From an uncultured Planctomycetales bacterium (GTDB lineage: Bacteria; Planctomycetota; Planctomycetia; Pirellulales; PNKZ01), in contig CAVQAC010000018.1 in NCBI GenBank assembly GCA_963710365.1, positions 281,774-345,773 of the forward strand: a stretch of 64,000 nt of DNA, written 5' to 3'. Positions 31,537-43,508 of the stretch are shown piece by piece. Below the pieces are notes generated by a model. The model worked only from the letters and a program-made list of their open reading frames with translations, was not told the DNA's origin and did not search any database. A program made the translations under genes and the position numbers. How positions within the stretch are numbered: the first letter of the stretch is position 1; every line of letters begins with the position of its first letter.

Positions 31537-31678
31537 GAATGACGAATTTCGAATGACGAATCACGAAAGAAATCCGAATGACGAATGACCAAAAGCCCCG
31601 TCATGAAGCTCGACCTCGCAGTTTGCCATTCGGCATTTGGGCATTCGTCATTCTTTAGACATTAGACATTCGTCATTT
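31537..31678. repeat. Inverted heptamer arrays, GAATGAC ... GTCATTC
   Basis: Several GAATGAC units at 31537-31590 and complementary CATTCG/GTCATT units at 31626-31678; same family as 2560-2655. Confidence 0.75.
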
Positions 31679-31720
31679 CGCAATCGACATTTCGCCCCCC
31701 TCCGATCGCCACGGTTCACC

Positions 31721-34700
31721 TTGATTCCACGTCTGACACGCATCATCGGCAGTCTCGGCGCGGTTATCGTGCTGTACTGGATGTATGCGCTGTTGGCTGT
31801 CCCGTTCATTGAGCCGACGGTCCGGGGCGCCGATACCGGTCAAGATCGACCCCAATGCGCCGACCCCGATTGACGTGCATGGGGAGCAAGTCAAAGCCTT
31901 GAAGGCCTGGTTTTCCGAGGGGGAATGGGAGCGGACTTCGCCCAAGATCCTGGAAACTGCGCAGGGCATGCTGCTGGTAAACGACTACAAGATGATGGGC
32001 GAAGGGCGTGTGCAAATCACTCCCTGCACCATGATCTTTCTGCCGGAAGGCAATTTCAGCGAACAAGAACGGCAGCGTCGGGCCATCATCATGCAATCGC
32101 CGCAGGGCGCCATTCTGCAGTTCGACGCCTTCGACATCACGCAAGGCAAGGTCGGAAAGCTGATTGCCGGCAAGCTGATCGGCGCCGTGACCATCCGCAG
32201 CGACCAGCGCGAGCCCGGGCCGCAAGACGATCTGCAAATCATCACCAGCGACGTCGACATGACCGAGCAGCGATTCGCCACGCCGCAGCCGGTCGATTTC
32301 AAAGTTGGCCCGAACTACGGGCATGGACGCTCGCTGCAGATCGACATGGCGCCCCAGGGCTCGAAACGCGGGTTCCGCGGCATGACCTTGCTGCAATTGT
32401 TCGAAGACGTCGAAATGCACATCATGCCGGGCGGCAACGAGATCTTCCCCAGCGGCCGTAATCGTGCCGCCGCGCCAAGCTCTTCAGCCGACGAAAAAAA
32501 GCCCGGCCTGCCGATCGAAATCTCCTGCAAAGGACCGTTTCGATTCGACTTTCTTACGAACGTCGCCACGTTCAAAGAACAAGTCGACGTCAAGCGAGAA
32601 AACGCGGCCGGCCCCAGCGATCAACTCAACTGCCAGTTGCTGTCGATGTTCTTCGAGGCCGTGGTGACGCCGGGCGCTGAAGGCAGCCGACGCTGAGAAG
32701 ACCGCTTCGAACTTGCAGCCGGTTCGCCTGGAAGCGGATGGCAGCCCAGTAATCGTCCACGCCCACAGCAACGGCATGTCGGCTCGAGGCCAGCACGTCG
32801 ACTACCTCATCAAGACCGGCGCCGTGACGATTCGCGGCGAACCCGAGGCGACGGTCGAACAGGGGGGCCGCGAGATCCATGCCCGCGAGTTGACGTATCA
32901 GCCCGATCCGTCGGGGAAGATCGGCCAGTTCACGGCCACAGGCCAAGGCTGGGTCCGCGGTGCACGCCCCGAAGACAAGGGGCAGCATTTCCACGCCGCC
33001 TGGTCTCGCCGGCTCTACTTCCGGCCCTATGAAGGCAATTATCTGCTCTCGCTCGAAGGCGGAGCGCTGGTCGAAGTGGTTGGCAAGGGGGCCGTAGGCG
33101 CCGAGGAGATTTACCTCTGGCTGCGCGATACCTCGCCGCCGACACCACCGGGCCAGGCCAGCACCAATACCAACGGTCGCCAACAATTCTCGCCAGATAG
33201 AATGCAAGCCGTCGGCCATGTAAAGATCGACGCGCCACAACTCACCGGCGACGTCGGTCAATTGCAAACCTGGTTCGAAACGGTCGCGGTTCCACCGCCG
33301 GCTGCGCCAACGCCCGTTGCCGAAACGGTCCCCGTGCCCGCGGCGCGCGAGGCTGCGCGTGGGCCGACGACGACGTTGCTCTCGACGCCAGTTGCCCCGC
33401 CTTCCGAGTCCGCACTGCCGACGGCGGCGCCAGTGTCAGCACCGCCCCCCGCTTCTCCTGCCCCGGTGGCGCCGCCAGCGCAACCGCAGCGCAAGCGCCG
33501 GCCTCAGCACCAGCAGCGCAGCCAATTGAAACCGTTGGCCCGGGGGGCGTGGCTGAAACGCCCGCGGCTGAAAGATTGCCTGTCGTCGAAGCCGATGCGG
33601 TTCCCCAACAGCGATTCCACATCAGTGGCGAATTGATGCAGGCGCGCATCAAGATCAAGGGCAACGTCACCGAGCTGTCGGAAGTTGTCGTCGAACACAA
33701 CGTCCGGCTATCGGAGACGCAAACCCGCGCCGCCGAAGAGAAGCCCTTGCTGGTAATGGGCCAACGGCTGCACATGACCATGCCGCAACCGAAAGACGCC
33801 ATCGTGATGGTGACCGGCGAGCCCAGCTATGTCGAAGTGCGCGGCATCACCATGACTTCCGAGACGATCCATTTGAATCGGGGCCGCAACATACTTTGGA
33901 CCGACAGTCAGGGAGCGATGACGTTTCCCCTCAATCGCGATCTGGACGGTCGGCCGGTCACCGAAGTGCAGTTGCTGAACGTCAGTTGGCAGGGCCAGAT
34001 GCAATTCGACGGCCAGGTGGCTCGTTTCGATCGCCACGTGATCGCCGATCAAGGTTTGCGCAAGATGACCACCGATTTACTCGAAGTGCTGTTGAGCAAG
34101 CGCGTCGAGTTCGGATCGGCCTCGAACAAAGAACGGCCTGAGGTCGAACGCGTGACCTGCCGCTCTGGAGTGCTGGTGGAAAGCCGTACGCTGGAAGGCG
34201 AGCGGTTGATGTCGATTGACAAGATGCACACCGCGGAATTGACCGTTCACCAGCCGACCGGCGACCTCGATGGACGGGGGCCAGGCTGGATCAGTTCGGT
34301 TCGATTCGATGCCAACCAGAAGGCTCTGGCAGTTCCCGGCGCTCCCCAGAAGTCGGCGGCTCTGCGCCGAAGAAACCAAGCAGTGGGCTGTCTTATCTGG
34401 GGGTCGAGTTTCAACGCAGCATCACGGGCAACATTCGCCGGCACGAAATGCATTTCGAAAACCAGGTGCGGGCTGTCTATGGCCCCGTCCCCACCTGGGA
34501 ATCGCGTCTCGACCCCGACCAGCCGGAAACCTGGGGCGACGAAGGGGCTTTGCTGACGACCGACCGCTTGAACGTCGTCGAGGTCGCCGGGGCTCCGGAC
34601 CAGCGCTCGTACGAACTCGAAGCCCTGGGGGGCAAGACGTCGGTCGACAACTCGATCTATCGAGCCTTGTGCAACCGGCTGACCTATGACCAGGCCAAAG

Positions 34701-34891
34701 ACTTGTTGGTGCTCGAAGGCGACAGCCGCAGCAGTGCTCGGCTCTATCGCCAATTGCGGGTCGGCGCCGCGCCGTCGGAAATGGTCGCTCGCAAGATTTT
34801 CTACTGGCCGAATACAAATCGCGTCAAAGTCGACGAGGCCAACATGCTCGATCTGACCATTCCGCCGGGCACGGGCAAGGCCACGCGATAA
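31721..34891 (+). CDS. Large (~1050 aa) membrane-anchored protein, probable multi-beta-jellyroll LptC/LptA/OstA-like; several indels
   Basis: N-terminal TM ([21 protein letters not shown]), then beta-rich segments ([40 protein letters not shown]) across five consecutive + ORFs; directly after kdsD-kdsC. Confidence 0.65.
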
Positions 34892-34920
34892 TTGCAGAAT
34901 GGGCGAATCACCCCAACGTA

Positions 34921-35018
34921 TTCCCCATTCCCAATTCCCCATTCCCAATTCCCCATTCCCAATTCCCAATTCCCAATTCCCAATTCCCAATTCCCAATTC
35001 GCAATTCGCAATCCCCCA
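34921..35018. repeat. Tandem heptamer array, TTCCC(A/C)A-type x14 (STRR-like)
   Basis: Fourteen consecutive 7-mers, the last three degenerate, between convergent genes. Confidence 0.95.
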
Positions 35019-35026
35019 TTCCTTCC

Positions 35027-35802
35027 TCAGACGACCCGGCGGCGTTCCTGCTCGAGCCGCTCGGCAAGAAAGCCAACGGCGCGCGGCGCCATGTGGTTGT
35101 AATAAGCCCACGAGTGTCCGCCGGCAGACGTTTCGAGATCGTGCTCGTGCATGATTCCCAGCGCCGAGAGCTTCATGTGCAGCCGGTCGGCGCTGGCATG
35201 CCAGCGGTAATCGAGCGGGTCGCAACTGAACCAGGTGTTGCGTGGCCAGTTGAGCGGATGAACGTGCAGCGTCGCCGTATCCTGCCGGGCGCTCTCGGCG
35301 TCGGGATACATCTCCGCAGCGATTCGGCGTCAGGATCGTCGAAGCGAATCTGGTAATCGATCGCCGGCGACATGGCTGCCACGAACGGAAACGTCCGCGG
35401 ATGCTTGAAGGCCAGTCGCAAGGCCCCCTGCCCGCCCATGCTGGTGCCCAACAATGCCAACCGCGGCGACGTGCTGCCCCAACGCTCTGCGGCGTAAGGC
35501 ACTACATTCCGCAGCACATGTTGCTCGGCGCTGAGTTGCCGATCGAACTGGCGGCAGATCTTGTCGGTCCACCAACTTGGCCCCGTATGCGGCGCCATTG
35601 CCATCAGGCCATGCCGCTCAAACTCGGCCGTGAAGGCTGCGTTTTCATGGAGCCGGGCCTGGTGAACGCCGTGCAGATAAATGACGACGTAACCGTGCTG
35701 GTTGCGGTTCCGCGGCTCGTAAATGTCGCAGGCGTGCCCTGCCAGTTCCGTCACGCTCCAACCTGCAGCTAACCCGCTCAATCGATCACCTCCGTCGGCC
35801 AC
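35027..35802 (-). CDS. Alpha/beta-hydrolase (putative esterase); indel near 35315
   Basis: YLHG, nucleophile motif GTSMGG and C-terminal GGHSW. Confidence 0.82.
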
Positions 35803-35967
35803 GGTTCCGCGCCCCGCACCAGAATAGCATAGCGGTCGGGGGTTCCGAGATGACGGTTGAAATCGGCCGAATTGGCCTGCCGCGGGGGTTCATCGGGCGT
35901 GCCCGACTTCCTACAATGGCGCCCTCCAGGCTTGTCGGCTCGCGTGCGTGGCCGATCTCGTGTACGA

Positions 35968-36516
35968 ATGGGTGGAACTTTGAAGACTCTTCTTTCCGAG
36001 CAGCAACTGCAGGGCGGCGTCGCCCGTTTGGCCGACGAGATCAACGCGCACTACCAGGGGCAGCCGCTCACCATTATTGGCGTGCTCACCGGCAGCGTCG
36101 TCCTGCTGGCCGACCTGATCCGTCTGTTGACGATGCCGCTTCGGGTCGGCGTCATCCAAGCCCGCAGCTACCGCGGCTCGGCAACCACGCCCGGCGAACT
36201 GACGATCCAGGCCGACTTGCTTCCCGACATCCGCGGCCGGAACGTGTTGGTGGTGGACGATATCTTCGATACGGGCCAGACGTTGCTGGAGATTTCCGCG
36301 CAGTTGAGAAAGTTCGAGCCGATCTCGCTTCGCCTGGCAGTTCTGTTGCGCAAGCAGGGCCGGCAGCGCGTCCAGATCGAGCCCGATCACGTTGGCTTTG
36401 AGATTCCGGACGAGTTCGTCGTCGGCTACGGCCTGGACTACCAGGACGAATATCGAAATCTGTCCTTTGTGGCAGCGCTCGAAGCCGCAGAACTGGCGGC
36501 AGGTCCGGAATCGTGA
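35968..36516 (+). CDS. hpt: Hypoxanthine phosphoribosyltransferase
   Basis: VLVVDDIFDTGQT and FVVGYGLDY...YRNL. The start may instead be TTG at 35980. Confidence 0.92.
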   Translation: MGGTLKTLLSEQQLQGGVARLADEINAHYQGQPLTIIGVLTGSVVLLADLIRLLTMPLRVGVIQARSYRGSATTPGELTIQADLLPDIRGRNVLVVDDIFDTGQTLLEISAQLRKFEPISLRLAVLLRKQGRQRVQIEPDHVGFEIPDEFVVGYGLDYQDEYRNLSFVAALEAAELAAGPES

Positions 36517-37723
36517 GCGCGCCGCGTGTGGTGCTGATATCGAAGCGTTTCTGGCCTCTGACCGGCGGGCCCGAGGTGATGCTGGCCCGGTTGGCCACCG
36601 GCTTGCACGCCCGGGGAGCCACGGTCACGGTGCTGACGGCCTGGTGGCAACCCGACTGGCCGCCGACGTTTGAAGATCGCGGCGTCCACGTGGTCCGGCT
36701 CGTGCCGCCGGTCGGGCGTCGCTGGGCGACTATCGCCTACGTTGCTAGACTAGCTCGCTGGCTGCAGGATCATCATCGCGAGTTTGATCTAGTGTACGTA
36801 TCGGAGTTGAAACACGAAGCCTATGCCGCGCTGTTTGCGTCGCGTCACGCAGGTTTTCCTGTCGTGCTCCGCGCGGAACACGCCGGACTATGCGGCGACT
36901 GCCATTGGCAACTCACGGCCCGCTGCGGCCGGCGAATCAAGCGTCGCTGCCAACAGGCCGCGGCAATTGTCGCCCCCACGGCCGCCGTAGAGCGCGAACT
37001 GGTAGCCGCCGGTTACTCTCGCGACCGATTGCGCAAAATTCCACACGGCGTGCCGATGACCGCCCAGGCTGCTTCGGGGGATCGGGCCGAGGCCCGCGCG
37101 GCTCTGGCCCAAACCGATCCGCACCTGGCGCTGCCCGGTTCCGGGCCCTTGGTCGTCTACGTCGGTCGGCTGTGGGCCGAAGCCAAGGGGCTGGACGATC
37201 TGATCGCGGCCTGGCGGCGGGTGGTCGACGCCTGCCCTCAGGCCAGGCTATGGATTGTTGGCGAAGGGCCCGATGCCGCGAGTCTGCGGTCCCGCGTCGT
37301 CGATTTCGATCTGGTTCCGAACGTAGCCTTTGCCGGCGCGTTCGACGACATTGACGATTTCCTGCAAGCCGCCGATCTGTTCGTCATGCCGGCCCGTGAA
37401 AGCCAGGCTTCGTTGGCCTTGCTCGAAGCGATGGCCTGGGGACTGCCGATCGTGGCAACGGCGACCGCCGAGACGCAGGCCGCGATCGACCATGGGCGGC
37501 AAGGCTGGCTCGTTCCGCCAGCCAACCCGACCGCCCTGGCCGAAGGCCTGTTGCACCTGGTAAAAAATCCGGAGTTCGCCGCAACGCTGGGCAGCGGGGC
37601 CCGCCTGCGCGCAGCCATGATTTCAACCTCGAACGAGTCGTGGAACAGCACTTGTCATTGTTCCAGGAAACTCTCGATCGATCGCCCCGCCTGAAACGAC
37701 CGAAGCCCGGTCCGCCGATATGA
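36513..37723 (+). CDS. Glycosyltransferase family 4; indel near 37615
   Basis: FWPLTGG, YVGRL and LLEAMAWG. The shifted frame ends in an ATGA overlap with the next gene. Confidence 0.87.
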
Positions 37724-38814
37724 AACGCATCTTGCACGTTATTCCGACGCTCGACCCTGGTTGGTCGCAGCAGCAGTTGATGCTGTTGGGGCCTGGGCTG
37801 GCGCACGACGGCTACCAGATGCTGGTCGTGGCACTACGCGGATCCGCGGAACCGGCCAACGGGTTGTCGCCCGAGGTCGAGATCCGCACTTTGGCGGCGC
37901 ACGACCGCTTCGATACACAAGCCATGCGGCGCTGGATCGAACTGGTGCGCGGCTTCGGGCCCGACATCATTCACGCCTGGACGGCTGAAGCATACCGCTG
38001 GGCCTGGCTCGCCAGTCGATTAGTGCGCGGGCCACGCCTGGTGGTCACGCTGCCCGACGATTGCCGCGGTGAGCCTTGGCGCTGGCGCGTCGCCGACCCC
38101 TGGCTGATGACAAGCGCCGCGCGCGTGATCGTCAATTGTGAGGGAGTTCGCGACCTCGTGGCGAACGGTCCCAGCATGGCCCCGCGCACGACAGTGATTG
38201 CCTCGGGGGTCGAACCGCCCGATGTCGGCGGTTCGCGTGCCGAGTTGCTCGACATGCTCGGCCTGCCCGGCGATGCATTGCTGATCGGCGCCGCAGGACA
38301 ACTGCGTGCCGATCGCCGTCTGAAAGATCTGATTTGGGCGACGGACATGCTCAAATTCATCCGTAGCGACATCCACCTGCTCATCGTTGGCGACGGGTCG
38401 CATCGCTGGCGGCTCGAACGGTTCACCAGCCAGGTGCGGATCGAGGACAAGGTTCACTTTCTCGGCCGTCGATCGGATTGGTCCCGTTGGCTCGGCTCCC
38501 TCGACGTGTTCTGGTCGGCCCGGGAGAGCGCCGGCCAGCCGCTGGCGCTCATGGAAGCGATGGCCTGCGGGCTGCCGGTCGTGGCGACGCGTGTGCCGGG
38601 CAGCGAAGAATTGATCAAAGATGGCCAGGACGGCTTTCTGGTGTCAGTCGGCGATCGCTTGGCCATCGCGAGGGCGACGCAAAAGCTGCTGGAAAACCCG
38701 ACGTTGCGGACGCAGATGAGTCAGGCAGGCCGCCGCAAGATCAGCGAGCAGTTTCCGGCCGCGGCGATGATTGCCCGCGTGACAGAGGTCTATGAAGACC
38801 AGGGCGGTCGATGA
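37720..38814 (+). CDS. Glycosyltransferase family 4
   Basis: ILHVI, LLIVGDG and LMEAMACGLPVVAT. Confidence 0.88.
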   Translation: MKRILHVIPTLDPGWSQQQLMLLGPGLAHDGYQMLVVALRGSAEPANGLSPEVEIRTLAAHDRFDTQAMRRWIELVRGFGPDIIHAWTAEAYRWAWLASRLVRGPRLVVTLPDDCRGEPWRWRVADPWLMTSAARVIVNCEGVRDLVANGPSMAPRTTVIASGVEPPDVGGSRAELLDMLGLPGDALLIGAAGQLRADRRLKDLIWATDMLKFIRSDIHLLIVGDGSHRWRLERFTSQVRIEDKVHFLGRRSDWSRWLGSLDVFWSARESAGQPLALMEAMACGLPVVATRVPGSEELIKDGQDGFLVSVGDRLAIARATQKLLENPTLRTQMSQAGRRKISEQFPAAAMIARVTEVYEDQGGR

Positions 38815-38961
38815 CCCCCGGTTATGGCGCTGATTGCTTGCCAAGTGTGTAGGGATCGGGCAAAAATAGTCCGTCTGCCGGCTGCGGGGCAGCGGATATG
38901 CCGAGCAGTGCGCCGTTGCGCCATTTTTTTCGCCGCCACCAGCAAACGAGGAATTGAAGCC

Positions 38962-39831
38962 ATGCACGAGGATTTGCTCAGCCTGTTGCCCAAAGCCGAT
39001 TTCACCCGCCGCGAGTTCGTCGTCACGACACTGGCCACCGGTTTCGCGTTGGCCGTGCAGCCGGTATCGGCCCAGACGATCACGACCGACACCGATGGCC
39101 TGGAAGCCGGCGAAGTGCAGATCCCGGTCCCCGACAGCCAGACGCCGATGCCGGCCTATCGGGCTCGCCCCGCGAAGGGAGAGTCGTTTCCCGTGGTGCT
39201 CGTGGTCCAAGAGATCTTCGGTGTCCATGAACACATCAAGGATCTTTGCCGCCGGCTGGCAAAGCTTGGCTACCTGGCCGTGGCTCCGGAACTCTATGCC
39301 CGTCAAGGCGACGTGTCGAAGATCGCCGATATCAAAGAAGTGATCTCCAAGGTGGTTTCGAAAGTGCCCGATGCCCAAGTTCTCTCGGACCTCGACGCCA
39401 CGGTTGCCTGGGCGGAAAAGTCCGGCCGGGGGAACGTGGCCCGGTTGGGCATCACAGGGTTCTGTTGGGGCGGTCGGATTGTCTGGCTGTATGCGGCCCA
39501 CAATCCGCGGCTCAAGGCAGGCGCCGCCTGGTACGGCCGATTGGTGGGGCAAAAGGACGAATTCCACCCGCAGCAGCCGGTCGACGTGGCGGCGTCGCTC
39601 AAAGCCCCGGTGCTGGGCTTGTACGGCGGGGCCGACACGGGCATTCCGCCGGAAAGCATCGAGCAGATGCGCAAAGCCCTGCAGGCGGCCAATCAGCCTT
39701 CAGAAATCGTCGTTTACCCGGACACGCCGCACGGCTTCAATGCCGACTATCGTCCCAGTTACCGCAAGGACAATGCGGAAGACGCCTGGAAGCGGATGCT
39801 GGAGTGGTTCAAGAAGAACGGCGTGGCATAG
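38962..39831 (+). CDS. Dienelactone hydrolase family protein (Tat-like signal)
   Basis: TRREF, QEIFG, GFCWGG and HGF. Confidence 0.9.
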   Translation: MHEDLLSLLPKADFTRREFVVTTLATGFALAVQPVSAQTITTDTDGLEAGEVQIPVPDSQTPMPAYRARPAKGESFPVVLVVQEIFGVHEHIKDLCRRLAKLGYLAVAPELYARQGDVSKIADIKEVISKVVSKVPDAQVLSDLDATVAWAEKSGRGNVARLGITGFCWGGRIVWLYAAHNPRLKAGAAWYGRLVGQKDEFHPQQPVDVAASLKAPVLGLYGGADTGIPPESIEQMRKALQAANQPSEIVVYPDTPHGFNADYRPSYRKDNAEDAWKRMLEWFKKNGVA

Positions 39832-39847
39832 GGCGCGGGGCAGCCCG

Positions 39848-40189
39848 TCACGGCCCGTCAGTAACCAGAATACGTTGAACCTCGTCGGCCATCCGGCCGG
39901 TGGCCATCAGAGTCCACATCTTCAGATCGCCGCGTACGCGCCAGAGCGGATACTTGAATGTCGCCGGGCGGTTGCGTTCGATCGTGAAGTGGCTGAACCA
40001 GGCCAGCGCATAACCACAGACCGGCACGGCAACCAGCCACAGCCAACGCCCCAGGGTCAAGGCGGCGAACAAGACGACGATGGCTAAAGTCGTGCCCACG
40101 AAATGCAGGCGCCGGGTCGTCGCGCAACTGTGCTCGCGGACATAGAACGGCCAGAATTCGGCAAACGACTGAAACTCGCCATCCGACAT
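39848..40189 (-). CDS. DUF962 (Mpo1-like) membrane protein
   Basis: FWPFYVREH, RRLHFVGT and WFSHFTIERNRPATF. Confidence 0.85.
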   Translation of the reverse strand: MSDGEFQSFAEFWPFYVREHSCATTRRLHFVGTTLAIVVLFAALTLGRWLWLVAVPVCGYALAWFSHFTIERNRPATFKYPLWRVRGDLKMWTLMATGRMADEVQRILVTDGP

Positions 40190-40358
40190 GCCAAACCTCT
40201 CCACACGACGGGATCGCCGGACAAAGCCGCATTCTATGCTCCGCAGCACAGCATCCTAGCCCGGAGAGGATCGCGCTTGGAACTGGCGCAAAAAAACAGC
40301 GAGAGCGGAACCTTGCGACTCCGCTCCCGCATGTTTTGCATTCTGCCTTCGACTTCGA

Positions 40359-41575
40359 CTACGAAGCCGGATTATTCTTCGCGGCCGGCGGCACGGTCTG
40401 CGTGGCCGGCGTGGCGGGATTTGTCGGCGTGGCCGACGGAATCGCCGGCATCCCGGCTTTTTCGGCAAAGACATTTCGCAGTTCGACGGCCAACTGGTCC
40501 TTCGGCTGGATAGCGATGCCCTTGTCGAGTTCGGTCACGGCCTCCTTGGGATAGCCGAGATAACCGTAGTGATAGCCTAACAGGAACCGCAGACCCGGAT
40601 CGTTGGGCTTGTCCGTGCGTGCCTTCTCCAAAACCCGGAGCTGATCCGTATAGTTCTGAATATTGGGATAGAGCTCGCGGTAGTTGGCCACGACCGTGTT
40701 CCACTGGCTCTGCGGGAGCATCTGCATGGCCAATTGCAAGGCGCCGGCAGCCGGCTCGAACTGGCCCGTGGCATACAGCCCTTGCGACAGCAGCAGCATC
40801 AGACCGCCGTTGTTGGGGTTGTCGACCAGCGCGTGCTGCCATTTTTGCACGGCCTCCTGGTATCGACCTGCCTGGAAGGCTTCTTCACCTTGGTTGGTAA
40901 AGTCCGTGGCCGATGCCAATTGATCGGACGTCGGTTGGGCCGTGGTATACGAAGCGGGATATCCATAACCGCCGTAGTTGCCGTACCCGCCATAACCATA
41001 GCCACCATAGCCGTAGCCGCCGTATCCGCCATAGCCGTAGCCGAACGGGAACCCGAACAGGAAGAACGGATAGCCGAAGCCATAGAAGCCGCGGTTGAGG
41101 CCGCCGTAATTATTGTAGCGGCCCCAATTGTTCTGCATGTTGTGCCCGCCGGTGGCCATGCGTCCTGCCGACGTCATGCCGGTCGTGCCCGCGGTTCCAA
41201 AATGCCGCGACGCAAAACCGGAAGTGCCGAGACCCGATCGCGCGCTCCCGGCAATTCCGCTGGTCGCCCCGCGGCGCCGCCCATATTCGCGCCCGAGTAG
41301 CCGCCTCGCCCGCCATAGCCGCCTCGCCCGCCATAGCCACCATACCCGCCGCCGACATATCTGCCGCCACCACCGCCCCAGCCGCCGTAGCCGCCATGAC
41401 CACCCCCGAAACCGCCATGGCCACCTCCGCCGAAACCACCTCCGCCATGTCCGCCGCCACCACCCCCGCCTCCTCCGCCGCCGCCGTGAGCCCACGCCAC
41501 GGACCCCGCCCCGGGATTAAGCATCAACACCGATCCTAAAACACAGGTCGCAAACTTGAACGTTCGAGTAGCCAT
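40359..41575 (-). CDS. Secreted Gly/Tyr/Arg-rich low-complexity protein with C-terminal TPR repeats; indel near 41260
   Basis: Signal peptide ending AWA, poly-G and GGYG/GGRG tracts, then GEEAFQAGRYQEA and FLLGYHYGYLG. Confidence 0.8.
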
Positions 41576-42102
41576 GAGTCGATCCCCTGGAATCAAATGG
41601 ACGCGCCCGATTGGCCGCGCTGTATTGTACGCACGTCGAAAAGCGTTTGATCCAAAAATTCGCGAATGCAATTCGCGTCGCGCTCGCGCGCCTCTTCGAC
41701 GATGTGAATTCTGCCCTGCGGTTCAAGAGAGCAAAGCGGATGCCGCCCACGTGGCTCCGTGCAGAATTCAATCTTCGCGCAACTTGAAATATGAAGGGCT
41801 GCCTATTTTTGGGGGAAGACTGTTGGCGTATGCCCTCTTGATGATGACACTCGCGCCGATTTAGTGATGGCGCCGCACCTTCGGACGTCGGGGCTGTCCT
41901 CTGTGCTCAGTCTCTTCGCGAGACGAACATTCTCCCCTTGAGACGGCTCGATCGACTAACCTCGCGTCAAATGGCGCATGATTCGAAGACTGGGAGGTTT
42001 GAGGGTGATATGAGGTGCGGTCGCATCAGCTTCGGTTGGATGACCGCTCAACTGCGGGCGGCTGGAAGGAACAACAGTTCGTACGCCGAGATTGCGGCGA
42101 GC

Positions 42103-42694
42103 TCATCGAACCCGGGATTGGACGGCGATGAGCTTCGGAGTGGCGATTCGGGTTCCGTGGACAGCGCACGAAGCGCTCGCGCAGTTCCCGAAAATCCCAT
42201 CGCAAGAATTCATAGAGTTCCGCCGGAGGATTCCGGGCCAACCAGTCCGCGGCGAATTGCGCATGCCGGCATGAAACTCGCGCGTGCTATGGCCGTGGGC
42301 ATAGCAACGGCCGGCGTGCCGCCGCAGGTCGCCGTCGAAGGCTGGTCCGATGTGCCACAACTCATGGCAGACGGTCGCCAGCTTTTCCTCGAACGGATAA
42401 TCCAGGAAGCGGGGCAAGTAGAAGCTCAGCAGGTAGAGCATCTCACGGCCCGACGAGGGATCGAAAAGCCGTTCGATGGTCCAACGTCTTCGCCGGCGCA
42501 GTGGTTTCCAAAGCTCCGCCGACAAAACGCAACGGCGTCAGGCTGGCCTGCATTCCGAAGCGGCCGGCCTGTCGCACCTGGCAAGTGCGAATGGCCACGC
42601 GGCTCATGTCCACGTGAGCGAATTCCGAGAGGCGTCCGACGATGTCGACGCACAGCGTACGAACGTGAGCCGTAAAGTCGAAACCAGACAACAT
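42103..42694 (-). CDS. Putative HEXXH metallopeptidase; several indels
   Basis: FDFTAH, YLPRF and EEKLATVCHELWHI. Confidence 0.7.
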
Positions 42695-42837
42695 GGGCAA
42701 TGCTGGTCCAGCCACCACAGCTCAAACGCCCGATGCCCGGCACACATCATGAATACCGGCGTCGTTCAAGCCTGGGTTGTTCAGGCGGGGGTCGCCTGCA
42801 ACTCAATGACCTGCCACTCGATTATTTACCCGTAACC

Positions 42838-43420
42838 CTACTTATCCGTGCCTTCCGCGGCGCCTTCGAACGTCGGGCGCCTGGGCCACGCGTGCGACTC
42901 GATCGCGAACGCCGACGAATTCCAGAATCGCGCGGGTGCCGGCATCGCCCAAACGAGGCTTGGCCAGCCGCAAGATCCGTGTGTAACCGCCCGGACGATC
43001 GAGAATCGCGGGGCCACGTCGGCGAACAGCACCCGCACGGCCTTCTTATCGCCCAGCAGGCACCACGCGCCGCCGTGCGGCCACGGCCGGAGCGATGGCC
43101 TTGTTCCACTGCTTCCAACGGTCGCTCTCGCGCCATTTCTTCCAGGCTTCGCTATTGCGCTCGGCGTCGGTGGCGTATTCCTCGGCCGCCTGCTGGCCGC
43201 CAGGCTGCGGCGGGCAATCGTAATGCAGCGCTCGACCAGCGGGCGGACTTCCTTGGCCTTTTCCAGGGTGGTGATGATCCGGCCCTTGACCTTCGGCTTG
43301 TTGTCGTCGTAGCTCGGCGTCTCGCTCGGTCAGCAACAGCGCCGAGGCCAGATTGCGCAACAAAGCGCGCTGATGGTTGGGATGCCGGCCGAGCTTGCGG
43401 CCCTGCCGTCGATGTCGCAT
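42838..43420 (-). CDS. rplQ: 50S ribosomal protein L17 (with lineage insertion); indels
   Basis: [12 protein letters not shown]...ALLRNLA; follows rpoA. Confidence 0.9.
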
Positions 43421-43508
43421 GGCAATCGGCTTTCTAAAAGAGCTGTTGTCGGATGAGTGACGTGCTTCGATGGCGCGCTTGATCCACCGATCGCTTGTCA
43501 CGCACCGC

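Noticed and set aside
34921-35018. Possible CRISPR array, or short repeat-peptide ORFs (PIPNSQF / GIGNWEL)
   Set aside because: Contiguous 7-mers without spacers and no cas genes; the ORFs are translations of the repeat.
41576-42100. Small ORFs or an ncRNA in the ~500-bp gap
   Set aside because: No recognisable motif, RBS-linked ORF or RNA family signature.
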